A stretch of DNA of 63,355 nucleotides, filler included, from Choristocarpus tenellus KU-1152 (taxonomy: Eukaryota > Protista > Phaeophyceae): the NCBI GenBank assembly GCA_964200185.2. It is 12 parts of 12 records of this genome, joined end to end, with 100 filler letters (N's around TTAATTAATTAA, not from the genome) between each part and the next. Parts side by side here need not be neighbours in the genome. Positions count along the whole stretch, not along the records: positions 33,374 to 37,789 come from CAXNAD020014659.1; positions 37,890 to 40,996 come from CAXNAD020022285.1; positions 41,097 to 44,175 come from CAXNAD020022475.1; positions 44,276 to 48,777 come from CAXNAD020014259.1; positions 48,878 to 60,572 come from CAXNAD020002182.1; 7 more parts are not named here. One strand, written 5' to 3'. Shown here in pieces: positions 36,835 through 49,071 of this stretch (positions are counted from its first letter, which is position 1; each line of letters opens with the position of its first letter). The position numbers and the translations under genes were made by a program. The notes below the pieces were generated by a model, which saw only the letters and a list, made by a program, of their open reading frames with translations, had not been told where the DNA came from and ran no database searches.

Positions 36835-37764
36835 GTACGTGCACTAGAGAGTATTTGGATTCATACTGTGTTGTAGTTGTGCTACTCATTTGATATTGGG
36901 CGAGCATTTGCTATATTTTCAGTGAAGATTTTTTGTTGTTGTTGTGATTTTGAGGGGTAGATATATATATATATATATATATATATGCATGAACTAGTGT
37001 GTACTGTCCTGTACATGGTGACTTCTGATGCCTGTCTACACCTGTGACCCCCCTCCCCCTTCCGTGCATGGGTTCATGTGCAGTAGATGTCACCATGGGT
37101 TGTATATGTACGAGAACATTTAGTGCGGTATGAAGGAGTTCCACTTATTTAGATTACAGTGCACCAGTCCCCCCCCTATCACCTCCATCAGTGCTTAGAA
37201 TTAGAAGAGATGCATACCACCACTATGTGAACTGCGATGCGCTACTCCTAACCCAAGCCACCTCATCATGCACAGTGATCGGCACACTGAGAGATCATGC
37301 CACAGGGATTTACAACGTGCAGGCGTTATCGCTGTCTCAACCTGATAACAAACTATATTGTTATTAGAAATAATAATAATAGTACACCTCTTTCGAAAGA
37401 CGCAGGAAGCACAGTTTGATTGAATCTTACCATCCACAGACACTCATGTTAGACTCATGTTAGAGTGCACGGGGCCCCTTGTTCGAATGGGTCTGACTCT
37501 TTTGACCTTCTATTATGAATAGCAGACTCCACATGAGAAGCAAGCTCATGCTTGAATGTTCTTCTGGCTTCTAATATGCTTCAGATTCAGAGGTGGAGAG
37601 CAAAGATCACAAGCAAATGTTTCCCATTTTGAACTAGTAGCAGGACCTCTATATCAGGGACTGGAGGGTGGTGGTGCATTGTGATGTAGAGGTTGGGACT
37701 GCTTTTTTTCAGTGAAAGATTTTACCCAATACTTTACTTTTGATATATAGGTACGTGTATTTTT

Positions 37765-37789
37765 GGGTCAAAGTATCTGGGGGGGGGGG
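37765..37789 (+). mobile_element. MITE terminus (GGGTCAAAG variant) at contig end
   Basis: GGGTCAAAGTATCTG followed by a G-run. Confidence 0.8.
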
Positions 37790-37889
37790 NNNNNNNNNNN
37801 NNNNNNNNNNNNNNNNNNNNNNNNNNNNNNNNNTTAATTAATTAANNNNNNNNNNNNNNNNNNNNNNNNNNNNNNNNNNNNNNNNNNNN

Positions 37890-37917
37890 CCCCCACCCCC
37901 CCCAGATACTTTGAGTC
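37890..37917 (+). mobile_element. MITE family A right terminus at contig start
   Basis: C-run followed by CAGATACTTTGAGTC. Confidence 0.8.
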
Positions 37918-38660
37918 TGCGTGCTGTGAAAGAGACAAACGGCGCACAAGAAACCAATGATTTGATTTAAATTTTCTGCGGTATAGTGCACAGACAGTGG
38001 TCTCACAATGTGGGGATCAATTCGCACCAAATACTCAAAAACGTTATCAAGTCAAAATATCATGCCTTGAAGCATTACTTGACTTGTGCAACAGATATCT
38101 TGGATGAAGATGGGTAGCTCAAAGCTAGCTGGCACTGAAGTTCTCTTATGTTGATATTTTGAAGGTTGCCATCGATTTGCAACGCACAATTGGCGACTGT
38201 AACGTGCTGATGTGATTTTATCTTGTGGCCCTGTAGGCTAGTCATTGCACTCAAACACAAAATATGAGTTGTTGTTTGATGCACACCTTCCATATGATGA
38301 CTACCCTTAGTGGGCTTGGATTCACACCAGCAGCTATCCAATTGCCAGATCAGTTCATTTCTCAGTTGCAGTTATACTGTTGTGTCTACTCAGGAGCAAC
38401 TTGGAGCAATGAAGCAGGAGATCAGTAGCATATGGGGTACAAGAAAGATCAGGAAACTGAAACCATGGTGAAAATATTGTCACTACAGTTGAGCCATGGG
38501 TGTCGTTTCCATTCATGTGTGTGATGCCTGAAAATAGGTTAAAAACAAACAATTAAACAAAAGCCCCACAATATTGCTGCTCCAAGCAAAATATGCCAGC
38601 ATATCCAAGCCTACACCGGCACGTCTCTCCTGCTTGGATCCGCCTTTTTGTACTGCCCAG

Positions 38661-40011
38661 GACATCCCCTTACTTGATCTCGGAGCCATGAAGACGTTTG
38701 AGAGGGCCCAGTTCATTGAACATCAAATACAGCGCCGGCATGAAGCTGCAAAAACTCTCGAGTCGAGCATGGAGAAGGTCAGTCAAACAGCAAAAAAACG
38801 TCCAAAGACAATGTAAACAGTGTTGTGTCATACGCTCGGTTGTGGTCATCCCATTTCAAAAATGTTCTTACAACCAGCTGAGGCCCGCCACCACAACTGT
38901 GTGCTCATATCTCCAGGCCCCCTCTCCAACTCATTACGCAACTGGACAAGGGGTTTACACCTTGGTTTTAAAGGTTTTGCGCATGCAAGGTTAATTTTTT
39001 TTATGCCGAGGAAGTTCTAGCCTGTGTGTGCCATTCAACTATATCCTCGAGAGAGAGAGAGAGAGAGAGAGATGATCCAAGTCAGGCCCAGCACATTTTC
39101 AACGAAATTCTTGCTTTGAATGCTCAGAGCATTTTTTTTTTTGCTGAAATCAGCGTGCGAAATGCAAGATCAAAAATCTATCTTGATATCATCTCCCTCG
39201 TTTTCACATCTACGCATCCCACCCGTTGCTTACATTTGAAAGGTTGGGACAGTGGTGCAAAGGGTCTGCTTGGATGTAACGGGTCTGGTCAAGGCAGTTG
39301 ATGTGGCGGAGAACCCCTTAGAGAAGGTGAAAGATTGGTCTGAGAGTGTGTGTGCCATGACAATACTCAGGGAGACAGAATTAGATTATTATTTTCAGCG
39401 CCTAGTTGGAACCAATACTTTGTTGCAAGACAGCAGAGACAAAGTTGAACAGGTCCCAGCCAATCTATGTGCAGAGATTATACTCAGCGTATATGTATTC
39501 CCTTTGTAAGAACCTTTTGGTCCTCTCCTGAGACCTTAGCTCCCATGTACAACCAACATTACCGTCCAGAACCAGGCTAACAAGTTGCCCTTACAATTGT
39601 CTCTGGGACTGTAGTAGGTTAGACTGGATACTATACCGACATGAATCATTTTCTTCCTCTACAGCTTGTATCTTTCACGTCCATGAGGCAACCCAAACAT
39701 TTCTACTCCGTAGAATACAAGCAAGGTTTCTATGTCATGCAGGAATATATAGAGATTTCTCGCATCAATGAACTGAGAATGGACTCTTCTGTATAATGCA
39801 AAGAGGGCGATAACAGCTGTTCTGATGACATAGCATTTTCCATCATTTTTTTAAATGTTTTTCGTACGTTGATCGTCCGTAAACTCATGTTGAACTTCAT
39901 GTTGATATTAGATGTTTGGCGGAGGCAGCGACAAAGCAAAGAGTTTGGTTGCTCTAAAAGATGAGGTGAATGAGAGGAAGAGGATGATGCAGCGGGCGGC
40001 ACAGGAGGCTG
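38661..40011 (+). CDS. Probable axonemal (inner-arm type) dynein heavy chain N-terminal region, exons 38661-38777, 39243-39326, 39912-40011
   Basis: Spliced DIPLLDLGAMKTFERAQFIEHQIQRRHEAAKTLESSMEK|VGTVVQRVCLDV...LEK|MFGGGSDKAKSLVALKDEVNERKRMMQRAAQEA resembles the DNAH6-like Ty.l.eF...Q...L...v..vV..aC...K(S)m segment. Splice sites are canonical. An alternative donor exists at 39452. Confidence 0.5.
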
Positions 40012-40473
40012 GTGAGTTCTCCGCTAAGGTTACATTTTTGACGAATTCAGTTTACTCCTGGAATGCACGAAGGGCAGGATGATATATTTTTTATGTATTA
40101 TTTCGACAAAAAACTGAAGAAGAGGACATTTTTGACCTCACACAATATTTTGAGAAGGTCAGATTAGTCTTTTTGGTGTTCGAGGGTTGAAAAAGGTTGA
40201 GTGAACAGCAGCAAGTTCCTCGAAAGGGGAGTTGCTCACCAAAACATTCGATTGAGGGCTACTTTGAACAGTGCGTGCAAACCATTTTTTTTTTCTCCTC
40301 TTTGGCTGTGAGACCTTAAAAAGTAAAATCCAGACTTGATCCTTCTTATTTGAATCGTTGCTTCTTCAGTACTACAATTGAATGTCCTTTCCATTAGAGC
40401 CCACTGTAATGATTCACCATGTCAACAGTGGTAGGTGGAGGATGCAGGCATTATGATAAAACCATTATAATTC

Positions 40474-40652
40474 GTCTCAAAGTATCTGGGAGGGGTAGCG
40501 GCTGTCCAATTGGGGTCATTTTTTTCGTGTCACGATTTTTGGGTGATTTTGTTGCATACGTCGGATGGATACTGTAAGTGCACTTTTGCTGATTTTGGTC
40601 CAAATGGACACCCTAGTGTAGACCCCCCCCCTCCTCCCAGATACTTTGGGTC
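40474..40652 (-). mobile_element. MITE family A, full copy, reversed
   Basis: GTCTCAAAGTATCTG ... CAGATACTTTGGGTC. Confidence 0.92.
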
Positions 40653-41096
40653 TTTCTTCTTCTTCGACCTCTTCTCTTTTTCCTTGTCCCTCTCCTGACA
40701 TCTCGTTCACTCCCTCGATGCTTATCTCCAGATTTCTCCTCGCCCTCTCAATCTCTTCTTGCATCCTCTGCGCCAAAGATTCTCCTCTCTTCTCCTTATC
40801 TTTTGGATGCTGTTGTTCCCCCATCCCTCGGCTGTCTTTCTTTCTCTCTCTCCCTTCCCTTCCTCTGTCACCCCTCTGAATCCCTCCCATGATGTCTTGA
40901 ATGTTCCCATCTCTCCCTCTCTGTTACAGGCGCCCCTCAATGCTCACCTTGCAGGATGTACAACTCAAATCCAACGACCTCAAAACGAAGCTATGGNNNN
41001 NNNNNNNNNNNNNNNNNNNNNNNNNNNNNNNNNNNNNNNNTTAATTAATTAANNNNNNNNNNNNNNNNNNNNNNNNNNNNNNNNNNNNNNNNNNNN

Positions 41097-41782
41097 GTGC
41101 CGTACCTTTCCACCTGCCCTGGGGCAGGTACGGGCATGTCTGGTATCAACATTTTGCCTCCTGCACCCTGCCACTGGACATCTGTAGGATAGGGCCTCCT
41201 CCCTCCCTAGGGATCTGCTGTCTGAGAGCTTAATTTGCAGAGGGGGCATCTGGCATGCTGGTTCCAGAGGTTGAGTCGAGGCCCATGCGTTTGCCCCTTG
41301 TCCACACTGGCTCCGATGACGCGCATAGCCAATCAGGAGCTTTCCCTCCCTTGGTATGCCTCGCTTGGAAGGCTGGCCAGTTGTGTCCTGAAGTAGTCAA
41401 AACGGATTTTGTTCAGGAGGCGTGCGATCTCGTGTTGAGTCCTCCTGGTGATCCTGGCGTCATGGGCAGCTAGGATATATACCTCTGGGGCAGGTGCAGG
41501 GGGTGTTGTTCCCTCCCAGGTTATCCAGTTTTGGCCAGTGATTTCCGCAAGGTCTTCTGAGGGGACACCTGTGGAAAGGAGGGAGTGAATGAATGCTCCT
41601 AAGGCGTGTATGGTTGAGCTCGTCCAGATAGCTTGTGAGAAGGACTCACCATGAGGCCCTTGCTGCCTTGCGTGGAGGGTGGGGAGAGTAGCCACCAGTG
41701 ATCCTACGAAAGTCGCATGTTGGTGGTGTTTCATAGAGGAGAGTCCCAGACTCCCCGCACTTCTGGGCATCTGTGTCTGCAC
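41097..41782 (-). mobile_element. Non-LTR retrotransposon relic (CRE-like clade), post-RT region and zinc knuckle
   Basis: QTQMPRSAGSLGLSS...ATFVGS (cf. LP...GGLGL.S...AAF.gS) followed by RSLG...CP...C....DTRHARTC...GG...RH. Contains stops and a frameshift. Confidence 0.75.
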
Positions 41783-42046
41783 TTGGCAGTTTTCATTAGT
41801 TTTTCCTTTGACAACTAGAAAATGTCAAGGACAAAATATTACTTCGAAGTATAAAATACAACCCGTTAGATGTAAAATGTTTCACATTAGACCATACCGT
41901 ACCATTGTTTCCGAAATACCGTTACCGTATCAATGTAGGAGATCAGTAGGATAATGTTTGTGTTTGATCTAACCCATGCTGAAGTAGGTGTGATAGAACA
42001 TCATCAACTTGGCATCAGGGACGGAAGACCCTGAAAGACTGGGTCG

Positions 42047-43775
42047 ATGGTGATTAAAGATGCAATCTCTAGCCTGGGATTTGCAGTTCTGGGAAGAACC
42101 ACTAGATCGATGCTCTTTTTTGCGACTATCTGGGCTGGAGCTGTGCCTATCCCAACATCAGGCTTGGCACCATCCCATGAAGGAACTCCAGCACCTTCCA
42201 TCACCCTACTTCCCACCGCCATTGAAAAAGGTTATACCAAAGTGGAGTCGACGACGGCTCCCCTTGCTATCCCTTCAACACCTAGCCCAACTGTCCCATT
42301 AGAGTTAACTCCAAAGCCAGTGCCGCAACCTACTCCAGGACCTACCCCGCATCCTACTAGTGTCACCACAGACACCCCAGTGGATGACAAAAACAGGGTG
42401 AGTTAAGATATGCCCAAAATCGTTAATGCTCCTGTGGTAGCGGATGAGGTTTCCCAGAGCTTAACTCTCAGTATTACGGCTGAGACGGATTCATCAGTCT
42501 TCCATCCCTGCATATTCAATGGGTCCTGGTTTTCGACCTTACCTCCCATGAAACTCAGGTGTCCAAACCGTACTTCCTGGACCCCAGCGTCTACTTCGTT
42601 ACATCGGTCACGTTTCATATTGCGTGCGACACTGATGGTGCCATTGTCCGCTATACGCTCGACGGTACCGAACCAGTGATAGGGTCACAAACCATCGCCC
42701 CACGTAAGCCACTGCTGGTGGATACTCTGGGATCTGTTACCATCCGGGCAGTGGCGGAGAAGCAAGGCATGTCTGATTCTGAGGAAATCAAGAAAACTGT
42801 CACAGTGGAGGTAAGACGGTGTCTTCCGCTGCGGGGCCTTTATCCCAACATTCAAAGCTTTTCGTTCACATTCAATTTCCCCAATGCCTCCTTAGCTCTG
42901 TGCCGAACCTATATTTAATCCCAAGACCATATTACGTGAGTAGGGGGATCGGGGCCAATGACTCTTTCTACGATGGTAAGGCTCAGCAAGCACGCGTGAG
43001 CCGAAGTCCTGGCATGTCGGTGTTTCGGCACCAGCTGCTGACATTAGACGAGGCTATTTGATGAGATCTCTACCACGTACTATAGCTTATATTAGCTCTT
43101 CTATCTATCATGACTCGTACGAGATGAATCGCATTACCTCCTTGCTGAGTTTTTGGGCAGAGCCAACGCTGGCTAGTGTACTCATACTGCCTACACTAAC
43201 ATCAAAAGGCAATTAGTGCAAGTCCGCAATTGTATCCCAACCCAGCAAGAACATTGCACGGTCTATTCTCATAGTTCAATACACCTAAACATGCCAACCC
43301 TCAAGCAACAGCTCCCCGCCTCTATCCCACCTATCTCCTCCATCAAGCAAAGTATGCCGCTCGAGTCCATCCATGGATGACTTGCAAGACCTTCCTCCCA
43401 CGCCCTCTCTAAGCTAATGGGAACACCCCATGCTCCTTTGGTCTGAACAGGACCGTGTAGCAACACCAGAGATCAGTTTCAAAGGAGAAGTCGCCCCTGG
43501 AGAGCCTGCCCCGGCTTATCTCCGCAGCACCACTATGGCCCTAGACTGTGCAACAGAGGGTGCAACAATTTTCTACACCACAGATGGCGATGTACCAGAT
43601 GAGAACTCAGCCCAGGTAGCTCCAGGAACAGAGTTGCGTTGGGTGGAGGAGGGATTGACGGTGTTTCAAGCAGTAGCAAAAGCACCAGACATGTACCACA
43701 GCGAGGTGGGGCGATGGGAGGTGCGGATTGTTGCGCCTCCTGTGGATGAGCAGGCGTTGGCAGAGGCTTCGCTGG
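42047..43775 (+). CDS. Putative secreted protein: Pro/Thr-rich stalk plus two Fn3-associated (chitobiase/beta-hexosaminidase C-terminal-like) repeats; exons 42047-42397, 42559-42810, 43451-43775; 3' partial
   Basis: Hydrophobic N-terminus and a PTPGPTP linker. Repeats V.kP...C.T.GA.v.YT.DG..P...S...t.rAvA.k.gm..Se. Canonical phase-0 introns. Confidence 0.82.
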
Positions 43776-44275
43776 GTGAGAAACATGAACTGCATATTAG
43801 AGACACAGTTCTAATTGATAGATGCAGGTGTGGCCTGAGGGTTGGAGGAGAGGGTGGGGGGGAGAGATTGAGGAAGTACGACTGACTGGGTAGGGTGCAC
43901 ATGTTACAATGTGTGAGCAGGCCTGGGGTGATGCTCAGCGGCTCCTAGACGTTGAATTTCCAACAGTACCAGCGATTTTTTTTTTGTTGCTTCTCTCTCT
44001 TGTGGTGAGAAAATGGTGTGTGATTCATCCTCCAATCGTGTTTGTTTTCGGGGAAAGCGGCCTGTGTCGTAGAATGTGACCATGATCTTCTATTGTCTGG
44101 AAGTGCATTGACCCCCCCCCCCCCCCCACCACCAAAACGATAAAACACATTTTTTTTTTTTTTTTTTTTTTTTTTNNNNNNNNNNNNNNNNNNNNNNNNN
44201 NNNNNNNNNNNNNNNNNNNTTAATTAATTAANNNNNNNNNNNNNNNNNNNNNNNNNNNNNNNNNNNNNNNNNNNN

Positions 44276-44443
44276 GGGGGGGGGGGGGGAGTTGTTTGTG
44301 AGGGGGCGTCTGTTTCGGTCAAACAACTCTTTTCTTTGCTGACATTTCAAATCCCACACGTGCGACCAAATCACACCAAAAAGTGAAAATCGAAAAAAGT
44401 GAAAAACGCACGCTGACACCCCCCCCTCCAGATACTTTGACCC
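44276..44443 (+). mobile_element. MITE subfamily B (same TIR core, divergent interior)
   Basis: G-run ... CACACGTGCGACCAAATCAC (cf. GACACATGCAACCAAATCAC in family A) ... CAGATACTTTGACCC. Confidence 0.75.
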
Positions 44444-44886
44444 TTGAATTAATGAGATGCAATTTCCCCAAATATCCCCCACCCTGCCTCTCGAAAATTC
44501 TACCATTATTATCACTAAGCAAGGGCAAAGCAGGAAGCTATGGGAGCTGGAGGGATTTGCCCACACCCATTAAGGTGGGACTTACACCGTCCTTGTGTGT
44601 ATGTGTGGAGCATTGAAAAAGTATTGGGAAAACTGAGCATTACGTTGAAGAGATCAGACTTATATGTTCACATGAGAGGGCCGAAGGGGGCTGCTTTTCC
44701 TCCTCCATAATGTCTTCCGGGAAAACGAGGTTGGCTAAGGGGTGACTGATACATCATCAACCACTCAATTTATCGAAGGAAAACAGTACATATTCTGTGC
44801 CCCAAAGAAGATCTTGCTCCACCTCAATGATATCAATGATCAAAGAGGTTTCTCTGGGTTCTGCCTACAGGCAGTGCAAGGAGCAA

Positions 44887-45318
44887 CTACCTACTGGTGG
44901 TGACAGTAGTCGAAACACCTCCAATCTGATAATTCCAATGTTGTCCTTTGTCCAATTGCATGGCACCCTCCAACGAAAATTTGTTGTTTTCATCCAGATA
45001 CACTTTCGTACCCTTGGATGGCTTCAGCTTTGACTTCCAATCCTCGAAGTGCCTTTCACATTTCAAACTCTCATGGATGAGACCATCAATGCTGCTCTCT
45101 GCTCTATCATGGATTCCACTGAGGCCATTGTCGGGGTGATTCCCAGGTCTGGCCTCTCGCTTTACACTACTACCTGTTTCATTACTTTGATGATTTAGCA
45201 ACAGCAGACCAGTCTCAGCATCCTCAATATCATCTGCCATTGTCTCCCTCAACTTCCTTCCCTCCTCAATATGTCCTTCTTTCTTTCCCCCCCCTTTTGC
45301 TCCTTCTTCTCCCCCCAA
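44887..45318 (-). CDS. Hypothetical charged ORF, possibly an exon or pseudo-exon
   Basis: 143-aa open frame with protein-like composition. The upstream frame is broken near homopolymers. No family recognised. Confidence 0.3.
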   Translation of the reverse strand: MGGEEGAKGGGKKEGHIEEGRKLRETMADDIEDAETGLLLLNHQSNETGSSVKREARPGNHPDNGLSGIHDRAESSIDGLIHESLKCERHFEDWKSKLKPSKGTKVYLDENNKFSLEGAMQLDKGQHWNYQIGGVSTTVTTSR

Positions 45319-46517
45319 TACCCTCTTAGTTCCTTTTCATCTTCTTCCACCACAGCTAAAGGCCCTTGGAATGCCACACCATTGCCACCCTTGACCTTGT
45401 CCCAGTGCGGAATTTCCACCTACGCTTGATTCTGCGAGATGTTGATACTTTCTCCTTCATCTTCTTCTTCTTTCAGAATCCCATGCATTCTTTTGATATG
45501 TGGTGATGGATTCTGTCACACCACCAGGAATGTTGTTCGCCTGATGTAGAGAAATAGGTATGGAGGTGTGGGGGTTAGAGTATCTTCATAAAGAGGGGGA
45601 GGTAGAAATCCCAAAAGTTGAGATTGGTCGTGAATTCATGTATCAGAGTCAGGTGTATCAGTATGGCGAACAGTAGGTCTATCTCGTGGTCCATGGGCTG
45701 CCAGACAGCTCGGATTGTATGATGCACCTTTTTCCAAACGCGATTAGGACTCCTCTTGTCCAAGATATTCACCTCCATTATTTGGTATGGAAAGTCGTCT
45801 TCAATGGTTTCAACATCAGCGCACTCTTGCGTCCATCTCTAACTTCATTCCATCAAGCCAGCACATAAAATCTTGAATAGTGGAAAAAGAGAATAAAATC
45901 CACTAACAGATACGTCAACCCGAACCAAAGCTGTGTGGAACGCTAGGTAGTCGACACATTGCAATAGGTAGGATTTATTTTTCCTGGCAAAGAATTTTCA
46001 AGCAGCTAGCTTGTTTAGAAATCCACTCATGCATTGCTTCTCCTGTGTGAGGGACATACAACTTTGCAGAGGGTCCTGCTTCCCTCCTCTGCACCTTCAC
46101 TGACGACTCAGTATAGTGACAGAAAAGTAAACAACTAAGAAAATTATTCGTTCGCATCGGAATTTAATTCCTGAGGGGAAAAAGAGGACAATTACTACGG
46201 CATGATGATAAGTTCTTGAAGCTTTCGAATTCTAGGGGGACCCTCCTCCCACTTCCATGTTTGCCTAAGGTTGAGCACATGTGGCCCTGCGTTCCATCTA
46301 TTATTTTCAGTCGGCCCTCGTCACTTTTGCCGTAAGTCTGGATGAGATCCAGGTAAACTGGGGCATCCAATCCTCTTCGCAAGGGTCTATTGTTTTGCTT
46401 AGCCCCAGAAACAGAAAATATGTCAGCACCCCAAGCTGGGTTGGTCAATGATACTCACCACGTGCTGCTTCGCTGTTTTCTTAACTTCCTTGTCTGCCTG
46501 ATTGGCAATCATCTTTT

Positions 46518-46698
46518 GGCTCAAAGTATCTGGGAGGGGGTGGTGGCTGTCCATTTGGGGTCAACTTTTTTCAAGTTGCAATTTTTGGGTGATTTGGTTG
46601 CATACGTCGGATGGTTACTGTAAATTCACTTTTCCTGATTTTTCCCCAAATGGACACCCTGGTGTAGACCCACCCACCCCTCCCAGATACTTTGGGTC
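46518..46698 (-). mobile_element. MITE family A, full copy, reversed
   Basis: GGCTCAAAGTATCTG ... CAGATACTTTGGGTC. Confidence 0.93.
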
Positions 46699-47943
46699 AT
46701 CTGGATAAAATCAGCTAAATCAATCTCACTATTGTGTGCATAGGTGCTATCTCCATGCTTCAACACCTGTCGTTGGTCAAGGGAGAGGGTGGGGGGTGGA
46801 GAGGGGGGATTTCAAGTGTCTCCTTTCGGGGTGGAGGTTAGTGTCAGTTGGATGTGACATGTAACGAGGAAGAAAGATGCTGAGATTCAGTAGCTGAAGC
46901 AAGACCCAAGAGGAGGGGAAAGGTAAGATAAAAATAGAGGCATTTCTTGAACAAAATCACCCTCAAGAATATCTTGTTACTACCTGGCAACCGGATGGTC
47001 TTGGTTTGAAAATACACATCTATCCATTCTACTACTTGGAGTTATAGCGCATAGTACGAGTCCAGTGATATATTGCACATCCAGCAATTTGTGTACGTGT
47101 AAGGTCAAAATGGTGTGGAATCAACGCATTGTACAGTACCCAAAGGGTATCACTCACAATCGAGGGGGTGATCAAGTGGTAGCCGATATTTACAGCACAT
47201 CTCTCAATTAATCTTCTTTTTCCTTACTCCTGATTCCCCCAAACCCCTTCCTCCGCACCTATCCCCTAACACAATTGATGTATGCGTTGTGGAGATATTT
47301 ATCGGGTGATTGACTTCCTTTGATTCCAATTCGAAGTGTATCCTTGTTCCACATAATGCAAACCCTAAGGAGGCAAATGCATACGAAACAAATGGGATAG
47401 TCAACCCCCCCCTTCCTGCCCTCTCCTTGATTCCCTTCCCTCTACAGCTCTAGAATTTTCCCAATGGGAATGCCGCCTCTATTCCAAAGGGTATCAGTAG
47501 GGAAAGAAGTAACAGGAACTCTTACAATGTCAAGGTATGAGATAGGTACTTGTCGCCCAACAGCATCCAGACCTTCTGCCAGGCCCTGAGGGAGTTTCAT
47601 GGTAAGGCGTTGAAGAAAGAGTCTCGGTTTCTAGGCGGGTTTGAGTTCATTATATGTGGGAGAAGATTATGGAATAATTTCAATATGCAGTCATGAAATT
47701 GCAGGAAGGTGAGTGTGGGCCAAATGTTGGAGTTGGCTCTGATAGAGTCTTACTCTTTCCTTGGAAGTTAGTGGCCCTATGGCTGCCCTGCAAGAGATAG
47801 AGGATGACTTTATATTCTGTGGACATTCGTAGTGCTCTCACAGCTCCACCTCAACTTGTTGAGTTTGTTCTAGATGCACGTAAGTCCGTTGGGATGTGGG
47901 AGAATGCTTCGATATTTTTCGGGGGGTGTCCCTTGTTGCTGGG

Positions 47944-48116
47944 GACCCAAAGTATCTGGGGGGGGGGGGTCTACACCAGAGTGTCCATTTGGGTCAGAAT
48001 CAGGAAAAGTGCATTTACATTGTCGATCCGATGTATGGAACCAAATCGCCCAAAAATCGCGACATGAAAAAATTGGCCCCAAATGGACAGCCGTCACCCC
48101 CTAGATACTTTGAGCC
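47944..48116 (+). mobile_element. MITE family A, full copy
   Basis: GACCCAAAGTATCTG ... TAGATACTTTGAGCC. Confidence 0.92.
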
Positions 48117-48117
48117 A

Positions 48118-48164
48118 GGGTCAAAAACGGACGCGGGCACCCCCTCCCCCAGATACCTTGACCC
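48118..48164 (+). mobile_element. 47-bp internally deleted subfamily-B MITE abutting a family-A copy
   Basis: GGGTCAA ... AAAACGGACGCGGGCACCCCC...CAGATACCTTGACCC; the right half matches 44402-44443. Confidence 0.7.
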
Positions 48165-48348
48165 TGGGTCGTGTCGACATTACTGTGAAAAACCAGATAT
48201 TCCTTTCAGTGACATCTAATATGTACTGAAGGACCATGTGGCAGAGTCATTTGAAGTTGTGTTTAAGTGAAACCAAAGTGTTGTGACTAGCCACAGGTTG
48301 TATTGTGCTGCTTTCTACACCCGAGTGACAATAGCTTGGCATATTTGT

Positions 48349-48533
48349 GGCTCAATGTATCTTGGAGAGGGGGAGGAGGTCTACATCAGGGTGTCTATTT
48401 GGGCCCTGACCAGGAGAAGCGCACTTGCATTATCCATCTGACACATGCAAACGGATTTACTCAAAAATTGCGATATGGAAAAATGGGCCCTGAATGGCAG
48501 CCGCCACCCCTCCCCCCTCAGATACTTTGAGCC
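48349..48533 (+). mobile_element. MITE family A, full copy, more diverged
   Basis: GGCTCAATGTATCTTGG ... CAGATACTTTGAGCC, flanked by TGT/TCT. Confidence 0.88.
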
Positions 48534-48758
48534 TCTGCGTCTTTTTCTCCTCAAGGCACCAACCAACCTCAGTGGTGATTAGCCCTGCTCCTTCCAAGTC
48601 AAGGAGGGAAATAAAGAGCGGTAGACATTGACCTCATCTTCATCCATTTCAATGTGTTGCACAATGAGAGCAACACAACTTTCTGTAGAGAGCTCACCGA
48701 GGAGTTTTGCTTGGGGCTGCAAGAGAGAGGCACCACCAAGTTGGTCAGTACAGGGGGT

Positions 48759-48777
48759 GACCTAAAGTATCTAGGGG
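48759..48777 (+). mobile_element. MITE family A terminus at contig end
   Basis: GACCTAAAGTATCTAGGGG. Confidence 0.7.
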
Positions 48778-49071
48778 NNNNNNNNNNNNNNNNNNNNNNN
48801 NNNNNNNNNNNNNNNNNNNNNTTAATTAATTAANNNNNNNNNNNNNNNNNNNNNNNNNNNNNNNNNNNNNNNNNNNNAGTTAAAGAAAAAAAAAGGATGG
48901 GGGGCCGCAGCGCAGGGGCCAAGAGAAATGCAAAAAAAAGCTCCCCCCCCCCCCCCCTCCCCCCACACACACAGATCGGTCTGGGATGCACCACCACCCA
49001 ATACTCTTTTCACTTGATAGGGAAACAAGTCTTGGGGATGGTGGGCATTCATAACACACTCCATAGATTAC

